A DNA stretch of 63,630 bases, filler included, from Octopus bimaculoides (Eukaryota), in the NCBI RefSeq assembly GCF_001194135.2. It is 7 parts of 6 records of this genome, joined end to end, with 100 filler letters (N's around TTAATTAATTAA, not from the genome) between each part and the next. Parts side by side here need not be neighbours in the genome. Positions count along the whole stretch, not along the records: positions 1 to 31,860 come from NC_068981.1; 6 more parts are not named here. One strand, given 5' to 3'. The number at the start of each line of letters is the position of its first letter. Within the stretch, counting starts at the first letter, position 1. Under the pieces are notes generated by a model. It saw nothing but the letters and a program-made list of their open reading frames with translations, had not been told where the DNA came from and made no database searches. Positions 13,330 to 25,860 of the stretch are shown in pieces. Made by a program: the position numbers and the translations under genes.

Positions 13330-15066
13330 CCACTGGTTATTCTCGAAGTGCGCATGTCACGACGCTGTCAGCCTGACGCCGAAAATTTTTCTAATGACAG
13401 GATATCTTCCCAGAATACGAACCTGGAAAGTCACTTAAAGGAGATTTGTCTCGAATTAAGCCCCCAAAATCCACTACCACAACGACCACAAAATCAAAAA
13501 TGTAAAAGAACTAAATGGAACCGGGAAGAATATAAAGAAGTAATATACGCTCATTACTTTACAAGTAGGCCAACCCAAGAGAAACACACCGCAAACTCCT
13601 ACAGAATTTGGAGGAGTCGGAATCCAGCTAGCAGACCAAACCTGGATGAAAACAGATTGGCAAATGTTAGAAGATATATCTTCAGAAATACCAGACTCAC
13701 GGATGCAGAATTAACCTCTATTAAAAAAATGTGGTAGAGAATGACCTAAATATAAGTCAGGAAAGAAATAACGAAGCAGAGGAGAGAAGTGTTGGGCCAC
13801 AAGCATTGACTGAACGGCCACCAACTGCCGAAACCACTCAAGAGCCTGAAGAAAAGGAAAACATAATGACCCTAGAAAAAACAGCGAGGAAAATGATGTC
13901 GGAACAGAATTTGAAGACCACATATTTGCTGAACAACACATAAATTCTATCATTGAAATGAATCAGGAAGTTCTGAATTAGGGCATACAAATATGAATGT
14001 TAGCGAACCACTCCATAAACTCTCAAATGCACCCCAACATAAAACACAAATAAAAATTGGCAACTGCGTTACACAAGAAATCATACAACAACTAAAACCC
14101 GATATTAATAAGTTAAATGGAATTATTTGCTCTGTTACTAAGGTAATCAAAAGACGCTGTTTAACACCCAAAAAGCCAACAATACAAACTTCGAAAAGAA
14201 AATCAAACTGGACGAGTAGAATTGAAACTGAGATTGAATCACTGATCTAGTCTCTGAAAATGGTGTAAGATCAAGAAAAGGCAGGAAGATTGTGAGAAAA
14301 TATGGACTCTCAACAAGAGAAGAACTAATGTTGGCGAATGAACCACTTAAACAAAACGTTCAAGCAAAGGCTCAGAAAATACGCAGATTTGAGAAAAGAA
14401 TCAAATCCTACATGCAAAATAAGATGTTCAAATCTAATGCTAAATCATTTTACAGGGAAATAGGGAAAGAAAAAGTAACCCTTGTAAATCTACCCCTAAT
14501 GGAAGAAGTTGAAATGTTTTGGAAAGTGATCTGGAGTGATGAGAAACCATACAATGAAAATGCAGACTGGATCAAATGCACCTAAGATTCCTACAAAAAT
14601 CTACAAGAACAGGTATGGGAAGACATCTCAATTGCCGACCTAAGGAGGACACTAACGAAGGGTCATAAGTGGAAATCCCCTGGTATTGATAGAGTACCAC
14701 ATTTCTGGCTATCATCTCACTCGTCCGCACAAAAGATGTTAGTGATACTATTCAATAGTATCATGAAAAAACCGGAAAAAACTCCCTATTGGATGGCAAA
14801 TGGTATTACTTACCTCCTCCCCCAAAATAATGAAACCAAAGCTCCCAAAAAACTACCAGCCTATATGTTTGCCTACTACCTATAAGATTTTGACATCTAT
14901 TCTATTGGAGAAAACGTATACGTTTATGTTTGTGTATGTGCGTGGTTGCTATTAATAGCAGTTTAAGGTCAGTTGCAGAAAGGAATTCAAAACGGCAACA
15001 CACACAATCATATACATACAAACATACACATACATGCACACACATACAGAAACACATACCTTGAGA

Positions 15067-15114
<48 letters not shown>

Positions 15115-17289
15115 CAGACAGACAGTAAGTGTCAGATTGTCCACAACGAAGTCTTCACCTATTTCTCTCTCTCCCTCACCCCTACCTGTTGCGTTGCCAA
15201 TGACTGGAATTGTTTTCTCTCACTCTTTCGCTTTCTCTCTTAGTTTTTCTCTTGGTATTAAACCAATAAATGTCCAAAATGATTCAGTGTTTCAATTGAA
15301 AAACATATATGAACGTATTAGACAGCTTTTGTTTTGGATTCAGTATCTAATATTTGCTGTGGTTGAAAACACAAAACACACGCCACCTTCTTTGTGTCAC
15401 CACTCACTCCTCTCTCGAGTTTTAGCTGTAATTCATAAGGGGTCAGCCTTGTCATATTCTGTGTGAGGCTGAATCTTCCTCAGAACTACGTTAATGTTAT
15501 GCACGTCTGTGGAGTACTCAGCTATCTGTGAGTTAATTTTACCTTCGTGTGCTAATAAAAAAAGTTAAATTGACATCCAATGTACCACCACCATTGCTTT
15601 ACAACTTTTCTTTGAATTTACTTATCTACTGTCTCTCTCAGTTTCTCTCTTTCTCTCTCACTCTCTCACTTTCTCTCGCACTCTCCCTTTGTCTCTCTCT
15701 CTCTATCTCTCTCTCTCTCTCTCCCTCTCTCTCTCCCTCTCTCTCTCCCTCTCTCTCTCTTACTGCCTCTCTGTCATCCTCTCTCACGCTTTGCCACTTC
15801 TTTGAAGTCCTACACACATAACAGGTACGTACAAAACAAAAAGTTAGCGTATTGATATTATTGATAATAAGGATGCACCACCCAAAATCTGACATAGAAA
15901 GGCTATATATACAACGCACAGAAGGTGGCAGGGGTCTTATACTGCTAGAAAACTATTATAAAATAACCACCATAGGACTGCAAAAATACCTACTCCAGAA
16001 GCAAGGGAAACTAATACANNNNNNNNNNNNNNNNNNNNNNNNNNNNNNNNNNNNNNNNNNNNNNNNNNNNNNNNNNNNNNNNNNNNNNNNNNNNNNNNNN
16101 NNNNNNNNNNNNNNNNNNNNNNNNNNNNNNNNNNNNNNNNNNNNNNNNNNNNNNNNNNNNNNNNNNNNNNNNNNGAAGAAGAAGAAGAAGAAGAAGAAGA
16201 AGAAGAAGAAGAAGAAGAAGAAGAAGAAGAAGAAGAAGAAGAAGAAGAAGAAGAAGAAGAAGAAACAACAAAAGCTATAAAACAAATGAAATCCAAACTA
16301 AAGCTAGAACAGCAACGAACCATGATAACATGATGGCAAGAAAAACCCCTACATGGTAAATACTGGGCTAAACTAAATGCGAAAGAAATAGACAGAGAAA
16401 AATCCCATCAATGGCTGAGAAGCTCAGGACTCAAAGCAGAGACTGAAGGATTTTTAATTGATGCACAAGACCAGAGCCTCACCACCACAAATTACCAAGA
16501 ACACATAATGAAAAGAAATATAACAAGAAACTGTAGAATATGTGGTGATCGACAAGAAACAATAAATCATATTATCTCTGGCTGCCCAGTCCTGGCTAAG
16601 AAGGAATATATTCACAGACACGACAGAGCTGGGACCTATATACACTGGAAGCTATGCCAACACTATGGAATAACAACAGAAAAAAGATGGTATAAACACA
16701 CGCCGAAAAGGTCACAGAAAACGAGAAAGCAACCATACTCTGGGATATGCCAATACACACAGAGGGAGAAATTAAGGCAAATAGACCAGATATAGTTGTC
16801 AAAGATCATGAAGAAAAAAAATGCTTTCTAATTGATGTATCAATACCAGCAGATGACAACGTTTCTCTAAAAGAAATGGAAAAACTTTCAAAATACAAAG
16901 ACCTGGAAATANNNNNNNNNNNNNNNNNNNNNNNNNNNNNNNNNNNNNNNNNNNNNNNNNNNNNNNNNNNNNNNNNNNNNNNNNNNNNNNNNNNNNNNNN
17001 NNNNNNNNNNNNNNNNNNNNNNNNNNNNNNNNAACAATTCCTATCATAGTAGGTGCCTTAGGTATAATGAAAAAATATTCAGACAAATACATAACAAAAA
17101 CACCAGGACTTACAAATATATATAACATACAGAAAATTGCACTACTGGGTACTGCACACATTCTACGCAAAACACTTTCAATACAGTAAACATAAGAGCA
17201 CCACAGCAAACCACAGCACATACCCAAGGCGCACAGAGCTGCGCTCGGTAGTGAAGTGAAAGCACGTTATAAAAATAAAACTACTGAAC

Positions 17290-17290
<1 letters not shown>
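13330..17290 (+). mobile_element. R4/Dong-clade LINE, long decayed copy; RT core replaced by unrelated sequence at about 14925-15850
   Basis: Motifs in order: KWNREEYKEV (N-terminus), LKQNVQAKAQKIRRFEKR, KSPGIDRVPHFW, HPKSDIERLYIQRTEGGRGL, WQEKPLHG, CRICGDRQETINHIISGC...RHD, RPDIVVKDHEEKKCFLIDVSIP (PD-D/ExK nuclease), and QKIALLGTAHILRK* before the (TAA)n tail. Confidence 0.92.
15400..15548 (+). repeat. Dispersed repeat family C fragment
   Basis: cagccttgtca...gctgaat...gaactacgttaa...gtctgtggagt.ctcagc aligns with 61495-61730. Confidence 0.7.

Positions 17291-17339
<49 letters not shown>
17291..17339 (+). repeat. (TAA)n tail or target of the R4-like element
   Basis: Perfect run directly after the element's 3' UTR. 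Confidence 0.95.
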
Positions 17340-17340
<1 letters not shown>

Positions 17341-17930
17341 GACAAAATGGTGGAGCAAAAGAACCATAGTGGAAACGGCGCATAGAAAAGGACATAATGC
17401 GCGCAAGGCAAGATCTAGGCAAATTTGAAAAATTGTTAAGTGGAAAATGGAAAAATGGGTAAAAGATCGACCGAGAAAAATTAGAACAGAAGAATGGGTT
17501 TGATGCAGTAATAGAGCAGTTAAAACAGAGGATCATGGCAAAACGCCAGAAGATCAAAAGATTAGTGAACAGAAATAAGCAGTTCGAGGAAAACAGATTG
17601 TTCAAAATATCCCGAAGCAATTCTTCCGAAAGCTAGAAAGATTGAATGGGGAAAATGTTGCTCTTAATGCAAATCAAGCCAAGGCGTTCAGGAGCGGATT
17701 AAGGGGAAACAATGTGGTGCATAAAAGGGATGCAATGTTGATAGGAACTATCAAGATATAATTACTAGTAGGAGAGTACAAAGGTATATTGTGATAAGCA
17801 TGGGTGATGTGAAAGAACGAGTGGGTAAAGTGCCTAACGGGTAAGCCCCAGGACCAGATGGGATCCATGGCATCTGGCTCAAGAGATGCCACGCAGCGCA
17901 ATTGAATGAATGTGTCAAGAAAGGTCTAAA
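17340..17930 (+). mobile_element. R4/Dong-clade internal fragment
   Basis: Translates to WKRRIEKDIMRARQDL, LKQRIMAKRQKIKRL and PGPDGIHGIWLK. Confidence 0.8.
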
Positions 17931-20900
17931 CTCTTGCAGCTCTTTCCTTGTTTCTGCACCCCTCTAGTCCTCGACCGAGTGTTTTGTTCCAATAGTCGTT
18001 CAACTGATCATTTCTCGCCTGTAGCACTATTCTCTAGTATCCTCGGACGCTTAGCCTCAGCCAATTTTAGTTAATATAATTCAAAACCAAACAACATCAA
18101 TTGTTTATAGAAGTTTCAGCTGGTAAGTTTTGGTGAAGGCACCACCTTTTATCTTATTGATTGAGGCCCTGGCTGAGATTCCTGTACCAAGTCTTGTTCA
18201 GATTTCTTGAGAAAGTAGGACATTTAGTACAAACTAATACCTTTTCTAAGGTATTATTATACCTTAGTTCAGCAAAAATTCATAAGAATTTATTGAAAAC
18301 ATTTCGATGTCTAGTAGTGGATATGAACCAACAAATTTCCGTTAAGTGTTGTCTTAATACTTCAAACTCATATAAATGTTAACCCTGTATTAACTTTCGG
18401 AATTTTATCAAAATGCCTATGAACGTAAAAATTCCAAGTAAAACCTAGTAAATAAGGAGACTTCGCCACAACTAGCTACCACAATTTAAAGGTGGCTTAC
18501 GAACACCTATCCATTTTATACATAAGTATTTATGATGAATAATGTGAGCAAGATGAAGATATTCACTATCGTATTTATGTTTTCATTTTCCTTTCTCTAA
18601 TACTTATTCCGATGTGTCTTTTTTAATGGATAATGAAATCATAATATTTGTTTACAATTGAAACCATTCGTTGAAGTTGTTATTTATATTCCGATAAATG
18701 GAAATAACACCTGTTTGTACCTCTGTGGTTTTCTTCATGCTGAAAACATATTTTATATTAAAGTTTTGTGTACAATGTATTTGCGTTTCAATACGGCGCT
18801 GACATTTATTTTTGAAGATATAAAACTTGTAACCCATATGTATAAAAAGTAGTTTTCATTACATTAAAGAGAAGCGCATACTCACACCCATACAGACACA
18901 CTCTCTCTCTCTCTCTTTCTCTTACTTACTCACACGCACAAACACCCAGAAACACACTCATGTTCACTTGCAGTTGTCACAAACTTCAAAAAAAATTCAA
19001 CAAACAAATACGACACTGAATTTCTTCCTGTCATTTCATTTTAGTTTTAATACTTGTGTACTGCCAAACAAACCTATTTATAAAAATGATTTGACATATA
19101 CAAATATATGTATTTCACAGATTTCTTTATTTGAATATAGATCTCCATTTATTTAAGCAAAATACTCTAATCATCACATTGTTCAGGTGAATTCCCAGTT
19201 CTTTTGACAAGCAAAATATTTTACTGATACTTTTTTTTTGTTTTATTTTCACCTAATTGCGTATTTTTTATAAATATATTTATGAAAGTCACTTATATGT
19301 TATTTTGAGATACTTTTTATTGGGAATCATTTTCGAATACAGACATTCAGCAGAGTTTTGTTTACCTATATGCTTATTTATTTTTTAATCTATTTTTCGA
19401 AAGTTTATAGCATGTTAAAAATATGTGTTGCTCTGTGAATACGTTAAACAAGATTTTGAAAAATATATTCATAAAAATGTATACAAAAATGTATTTCCTT
19501 GTTCACTGACAATATTGTAAATATATATGAATGTGTGTGTACATGGGCATGTGTTTGGGAGGTGCGTGGCTGCTTGTGAACTTACTTCGTTTCCAGATGC
19601 TGTGCAAACTAAAATGGTGGCTGAATTAGAAGCCCATGCGTGAAATTTATTGCTTATTGTTTAATGTCTTTTCTTTACATTCTTCAAGTTTTCTTCCTAT
19701 TCTTATAGGTTGTAAATATCACATTTTTACATATTTGAAATCAGCTTTATATTTAAAAATATTGTTTTGTTTAGTCTTGTCATGTTCAACATGACGTGAA
19801 AGTACAATGCATATATCTGCCTTACTAACGCTTTTGACCTCCCTCTACTCCCGCAATTCGTCTTTCGGTTAGAAACATGAAAGATGTTACAAATTTTGTA
19901 GTCATTTCTTGAACAGAAACTCATAATTGCAAATATTTTTTCGCAGTCTTTCATGATATTAAACGCCATATGATTGAACAAGCTCTTATAAATATATAGA
20001 CTCATATGTGTGTGTGACTATATACACAAGATTATGTGTGTATGTATATATATAAATATATATATATATGGGTGGTATATTGTATGTGTGTGAATGCATG
20101 TATATACATCTATGTATATAGATGTGTATATATATATATATATATATATNNNNNNNNNNNNNNNNNNNNNNNNNNNNNNNNNNNNNNNNNNNNNNNNNNN
20201 NNNNNNNNNNNNNNNNNNNNNNNNNNNNNNNNNNNNNNNNNNNNNNNNNNNNNNNNNNNNNNNNNNNNNNNNNNNNNNNNNNNNNNNNNNNNNNNNNNNN
20301 NNNNNNNNNNNNNNNNNNNNNNNNNNNNNNNNNNNNNNNNNNNNNNNNNNNNNNNNNNNNNNNNNNNNNNNNNNNNNNNNNNNNNNNNNNNNNNNNNNNN
20401 NNNNNNNNNNNNNNNNNNNNNNNNNNNNNNNNNNNNNNNNNNNNNNNNNNNNNNNNNNNNNNNNNNNNNNNNNNNNNNNNNNNNNNNNNNNNNNNNNNNN
20501 NNNNNNNNNNNNNNNNNNNNNNNNNNNNNNNNNNNNNNNNNNNNNNNNNNNNNNNNNNNNNNNNNNNNNNNNNNNNNNNNNNNNNNNNNNNNNNNNNNNN
20601 NNNNNNNNNNNNNNNNNNNNNNNNNNNNNNNNNNNNNNNNNNNNNNNNNNNNNNNNNNNNNNNNNNNNNNNNNNNNNNNNNNNNNNNNNNNNNNNNNNNN
20701 NNNNNNNNNNNNNNNNNNNNNNNNNNNNNNNNNNNNNNNNNNNNNNNNNNNNNNNNNNNNNNNNNNNNNNNNNNNNNNNNNNNNNNNNNNNNNNNNNNNN
20801 NNNNNNNNNNNNNNNNNNNNNNNNNNNNNNNNNNNNNNNNNNNNNNNNNNNNNNNNNNNNNNNNNNNNNNNNNNNNNNNNNNNNNNNNNNNNNNNNNNNN

Positions 20901-21488
20901 NNNNNNNNNNNNNNNNNNNNNNNNNNNNNNNNNNNNNNNNNNNNNNNNNNNNNNNNNNNNNNNNNNNNNNNNNNNNNNNNNNNNNNNNNNNNNNNNNNNN
21001 NNNNNNNNNNNNNNNNNNNNNNNNNNNNNNNTATATATATATCATCTGATTAAATGTATCAATGATGATGATCAACCGGGCGCCCACGTATAACACGGAC
21101 TATACTGTACTAATCCCAAGGATACCGATTCTGATGTTAAAATATCATACCATTCGTGGAGACGCGTAGTGATGTATTAAAGATGTATAAATTTCATCCC
21201 GGTCTTATTGTCATTATTGTGGGGTGAGAGAATTGCATGTGCGTATGTATGTATATGCTATCCGACAGCCTTAGTCACAGGCAGCCATGCAACTCCCAAA
21301 CACATGCTCACACACATATACATTTATATCTATTTAGAATATTGTCAGTGAACAAGGAAATAATTTTTTGTATACATTTTTATGAATATATTTTTCAGTC
21401 TTGTTGAACGTATTCACAAAACACATATTTTTCACAAATATGTTATAAACGTTTTGTGACAATTGAAATTTTCCTTCTTAGCTGCTTT

Positions 21489-21549
<61 letters not shown>

Positions 21550-22118
21550 AGCTTCAGCTGAGAGATGTGATGGTCATGCTGGAGCACCGCTGTTTTGCTA
21601 CACTGTTATTACTGAGATCCTCCTCTAATATGTGTCAATTGGTGAAGAATGGAGTTTGATGTAGCTACCCATATTTGCACCTCTTGCCGTGATGTAGGTT
21701 CGTCTCGGACTCTCGACAAGAAGAGGTCCATTCTATAGTTAAAATATACAGTAAACGAAAGAGGAATATTGCTGAAGGAAATATAAAAGCAGCTGTATTA
21801 GTTTGACGCTTCATCTCTCTCACCCTCTCTTTATATATATATATGAATATATGCATATATGAATATAGGAATGTGTGGGGCAAGTACATACATACGTACA
21901 TGCATTCATACAAATACACCCCGTTGATGTTGAAATTCCAGTGAAATAGGCTTTGATCTGCGTTACAAGCCGGCTCTTTCTCTATTAGCAAGAAATCTCG
22001 AAATAAAACTGAACGACATTCATAAATACATAAATACATATATACATACATAAAGACATATATATATACATAAATACGTATATACATACATAGGCACACA
22101 CTCACACAAACATACACA

Positions 22119-22160
<42 letters not shown>

Positions 22161-22164
22161 TATA

Positions 22165-22310
22165 TATCGGTTCATTACATTCTGAGGTAAGTCTTACCGA
22201 GGGCAATTTTGCTTGTCATCCATCCTGGGTCTATAAATTGAGGTATCAGTCAATTGTAGAGTGTCGATGTTATAGACTTAGACCTTCCCGTGAAAATTAC
22301 TAACAATTGG
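22165..22310 (+). mobile_element. Old degenerate SINE family B copy
   Basis: ttctgag...ccgagg..aattttgc...catcc...gggtc.ataaatt.ag aligns with the family B copies. Confidence 0.55.
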
Positions 22311-22753
22311 CTAAATGGAAAATAATGACTAAACACACTCACACAAACACACGCATACAGACACACACAAACGCTCACACACATGCAGACAAACGATAAG
22401 ACTTATAGGTAATCTAACTATAGCAGTATACAAATAGGTTTAATGACGAGACACCTAATTGACCTCAATAAGGTGACAATTGAACATTTATTAAAATTTA
22501 GGCCTGACTTTTACAAATGATTTGATATTCACCTCTCAACTCTTTCACATAATCTATGTGACCTAATAGTGAAATATTAATTTTCATCTCATCACTCATC
22601 GATTCTTAATATACATCATCAATATGTGCCTTGATGATTAAGAAGTTTCATGCCTACCTACCTATATATCTGACTATCTGTCTATTTATCTATTTATCTA
22701 TCTATCTATCACTCTCCCCCATCCCTCTCTCTCAATATATATAATGAAGAATA

Positions 22754-22875
22754 ATATACATTGTTTACATTATTTACATTTGACGGATATTTGACCCTAT
22801 CTTTTTTGTTGTGTTAACAACAAACAAGATGAGGACAGATATCCGTCAAATATAAGTAATGCACATAATGTACAT
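22754..22875. repeat. Imperfect palindrome with about 60-bp arms
   Basis: The left arm attatttacatttgacggatatttgaccctatcttttttgttgt matches the reverse complement of the right arm, attacttatatttgacggatatctgtcctcatcttgtttgttgt. Confidence 0.85.
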
Positions 22876-23835
22876 AATTATTCGTTTCTTAAATATAGAA
22901 CGACATTATTAATAATAGTAATAAAATGACAACAAAGAATGAGACCTTGATATTATCTCGGCTGTCGAAATAGCGAATGAAAAAGCATTGTTTAGCTCCG
23001 GCATTCGAAACTCATAGTGCTATTATGACAACTTACTTATTGTCCTATATAATATATATATATATATACATACATCATTAAATTAGATGTTGAGTTAGCC
23101 TCATCAAAGGTTGGTTTCATCCAAGAAAATATTAGTTCAATACCACGTATTTTGGGGGAATGTATTTCCTTACAAAAATAGGTATATATATATATATATA
23201 TATATATATNNNNNNNNNNNNNNNNNNNNNNNNNNNNNNNNNNNNNNNNNNNNNNNNNNNNNNNNNNNNNNNNNNNNNNNNNNNNNNNNNNNNNNNNNNN
23301 NNNNNNNNNNNNNNNNNNNNNNNNNNNNNNNNNNNNNNNNNNNNNNNNNNNNNNNNNNNNNNNNNNNNNNNNNNNNNNNNNNNNNNNNNNNNNNNNNNNN
23401 NNNNNNNNNNNNNNNNNNNNNNNNNNNNNNNNNNNNNNNNNNNNNNNNNNNNNNNNNNNNNNNNNNTATATATATATATATATATATGTATATACAGACA
23501 CATATATGTATGTGTGTGTGCGTGTGTGTGTACATCCACATTGGTCAATTGATTCCCATTGATTACAGAAATTTTGAATTATTGTATTTACTAAATAACG
23601 TTTCAAGGAGAGTATGTTTGTTTTTAACAATTTTGCATACTTCCGATGTCTAAATGTGCATATGAATATAATTTCACACACAGATAGGTACACATACGTC
23701 TCTACATGCTTAAACACACCCAACACAAGCACACACATACATATATATATATATACTCACACAAACATACATATGTGTGTGACCACCGATATGCACGTGT
23801 ATACACATATGTGCATCTCAGTATATATAAATATA

Positions 23836-23874
<39 letters not shown>

Positions 23875-23877
<3 letters not shown>

Positions 23878-24890
23878 ATAACACCTTATCTTTCGAGCAC
23901 CTTCCAGAGTATTCGAGAGGTTCCAAGCAGTGCTGTTTTCTACAAGAGCTCCACCCTTGTTCCAGCCCCTATTTGTTCCATGTACATCTCAAGATTTTTA
24001 CTCACTATTCCCAGAGCTCTGACAATTATTGTTACTACTACCACATTTTTCCTCGGGCACAACTGTTTAACTTCCTAAGATAACCTGTCATATCGGCTTT
24101 TCTTTCTTAGTTATCACATACATTGTTTTCAGCTGGGCATGCTATATCTATGAACCAGCGCAGTTTGCTTTCTTTCTCGAGTAAGACTATGTCTGGCTTC
24201 CTATTCTCTATCTCATGGTCGCACTGAATCATAATATTCCGCAGGATCTTTGCATTTTCATTTTCGATGATGCCTCCGGGTTTGTGGTCGTACCAATTTT
24301 TTGCTCTGTCAAGTCCATACCTGTCGTGGAGATTCTTATATTCCTACTAGGCTAGTGGCATACATTGACGGGTAATATGCCATACGGTTTCACCGTTTTG
24401 TTCACAGATTCTGCACTTATCACTTTCTGACGAGTTGTCTACTCTGTATTTTATGTAGTTTGTTCTCAGTGCTTGCTCTTGGGCAGCACAGATTAGACAC
24501 ACCGTTTCCGGTTTTAAATCACTCTTAGTCATCCACAGCCATCTTTTTCTCTGTCTATTTTATCTTCAACATCCCTATGTAAACTGTCCATGCATTCTTT
24601 TCTTTACCCACCTATTTTCTGTTTCATTCATTTTCAATTCTTTCTAATCTTTCATTTTACACATGTCTGACATTCTTACTTCTAATCATAGCGGTTCTAT
24701 GGCATTTTTTACATACCATGCTATGTTGTTTTCTTCTCCTCTATTGCTGTGGTCGCATCCAATAAGTCTTTGTCTCCCTTGTTCTTGGTACATACAGTCT
24801 GTCTGTGTCAGTTTTTGGGTGTAGTGTCCCATATCTAGTTAGCAACTTCCTTGTCTTTCTGTCTAAGCTGTTTCGTTCGTGCATTGTCCA
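23875..24890 (-). mobile_element. R4/Dong-clade LINE 3' portion
   Basis: Translates to [28 protein letters not shown] and ETVCLICAAQEQALRTNYIK...CRICEQNGETVWHITRQC. Confidence 0.9.
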
Positions 24891-25000
24891 TATATGTGTG
24901 TATGTTTGTGTATACATGTATATATGAATATATATATATACATACACACATATATATATATGTATATATGCATATTGATAGATACTTATTAATACGTATG

Positions 25001-25040
<40 letters not shown>

Positions 25041-25152
25041 AGCCTTTATTTATGCTGAGCTGTGAAATTAGCAATATTCCGTTAATCCGAAGTGTAAGTC
25101 CTTATTTTTAATGAATTAGAATTTGTTATTCTTGAACAAGGATGTTGTTGAC

Positions 25153-25193
25153 AGTGACTTCGGAGTTTCGGCCTGATATTCCATCGTCAGACT
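25153..25193 (-). ncRNA. Type I hammerhead ribozyme with complete catalytic core
   Basis: The minus strand reads agt-CTGACGA-T-GG-aatatcagg-CC-GAAA-CT-ccga-AGTC-act. It has a CUGANGA core, GAAA, a 3-bp stem III, a GUC cleavage site, a 3-bp stem I and one extra nucleotide after A9. Confidence 0.72.
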
Positions 25194-25669
25194 TTGACTC
25201 ATTTAAGTTATCTCTGGTCTTATATAGTCGTACTTCATATAAAATTTTCCATTTAGAAATTGTGATTCAGGGGACTGGTAATTTGGGTGTAGGGCGGGGT
25301 GTGATTAAGATGTGCTCTGTTTATAATTAATCAATGCATGTAGAGTTTTGTAAGTACGTATCAATATTCTGATATTTCTGCTTCAGGTCATGGAATTGAC
25401 ATTTAGTAGTTCACAAAAGGGACATATGGGACGCCATTTTACTCAGTGGTTGTGGTTGTAGTTTTAGTTATTGTTGATTTTATTTCTTTGACAATGTAAA
25501 GATCAAAGTTAACAAAAGGTTTCCCAAAAGTGTGTATGTGTTACGTCATGACTGAGAAACATACTAACCAAAAACAGTTGATCCCCACCCATATCTTACT
25601 TACAAAATTTTAAAAGCGTAGATAATTTCTAAAGAATAATATAACACCATGATTCATCAGTGAATATTT

Positions 25670-25860
25670 CACCAAACATCTCTAAAACCCACCTTGCCAT
25701 ACAACCGAATTACCACTCTACTCAAACCCAAATGCACATTGAACAATTTATGTGAACGAAGACCATACAAACTCAAGATTAACTTAAACACATCGCTGTC
25801 CGGCGATCTCTTAAATGGCCCAAACGTCGAAGTCACTGTCATAAATATTCTTGTTTAAGA
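25670..25860 (+). repeat. Diverged inverted homolog of 25130-25320, including a decayed hammerhead
   Basis: Shares acatct...ccc.cc.tgcc.taca.cc.aattacca and cgaagtcactgtca...at..ttgtt.aaga. The core has decayed to CCGGCGA...CAAAC. Confidence 0.6.
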
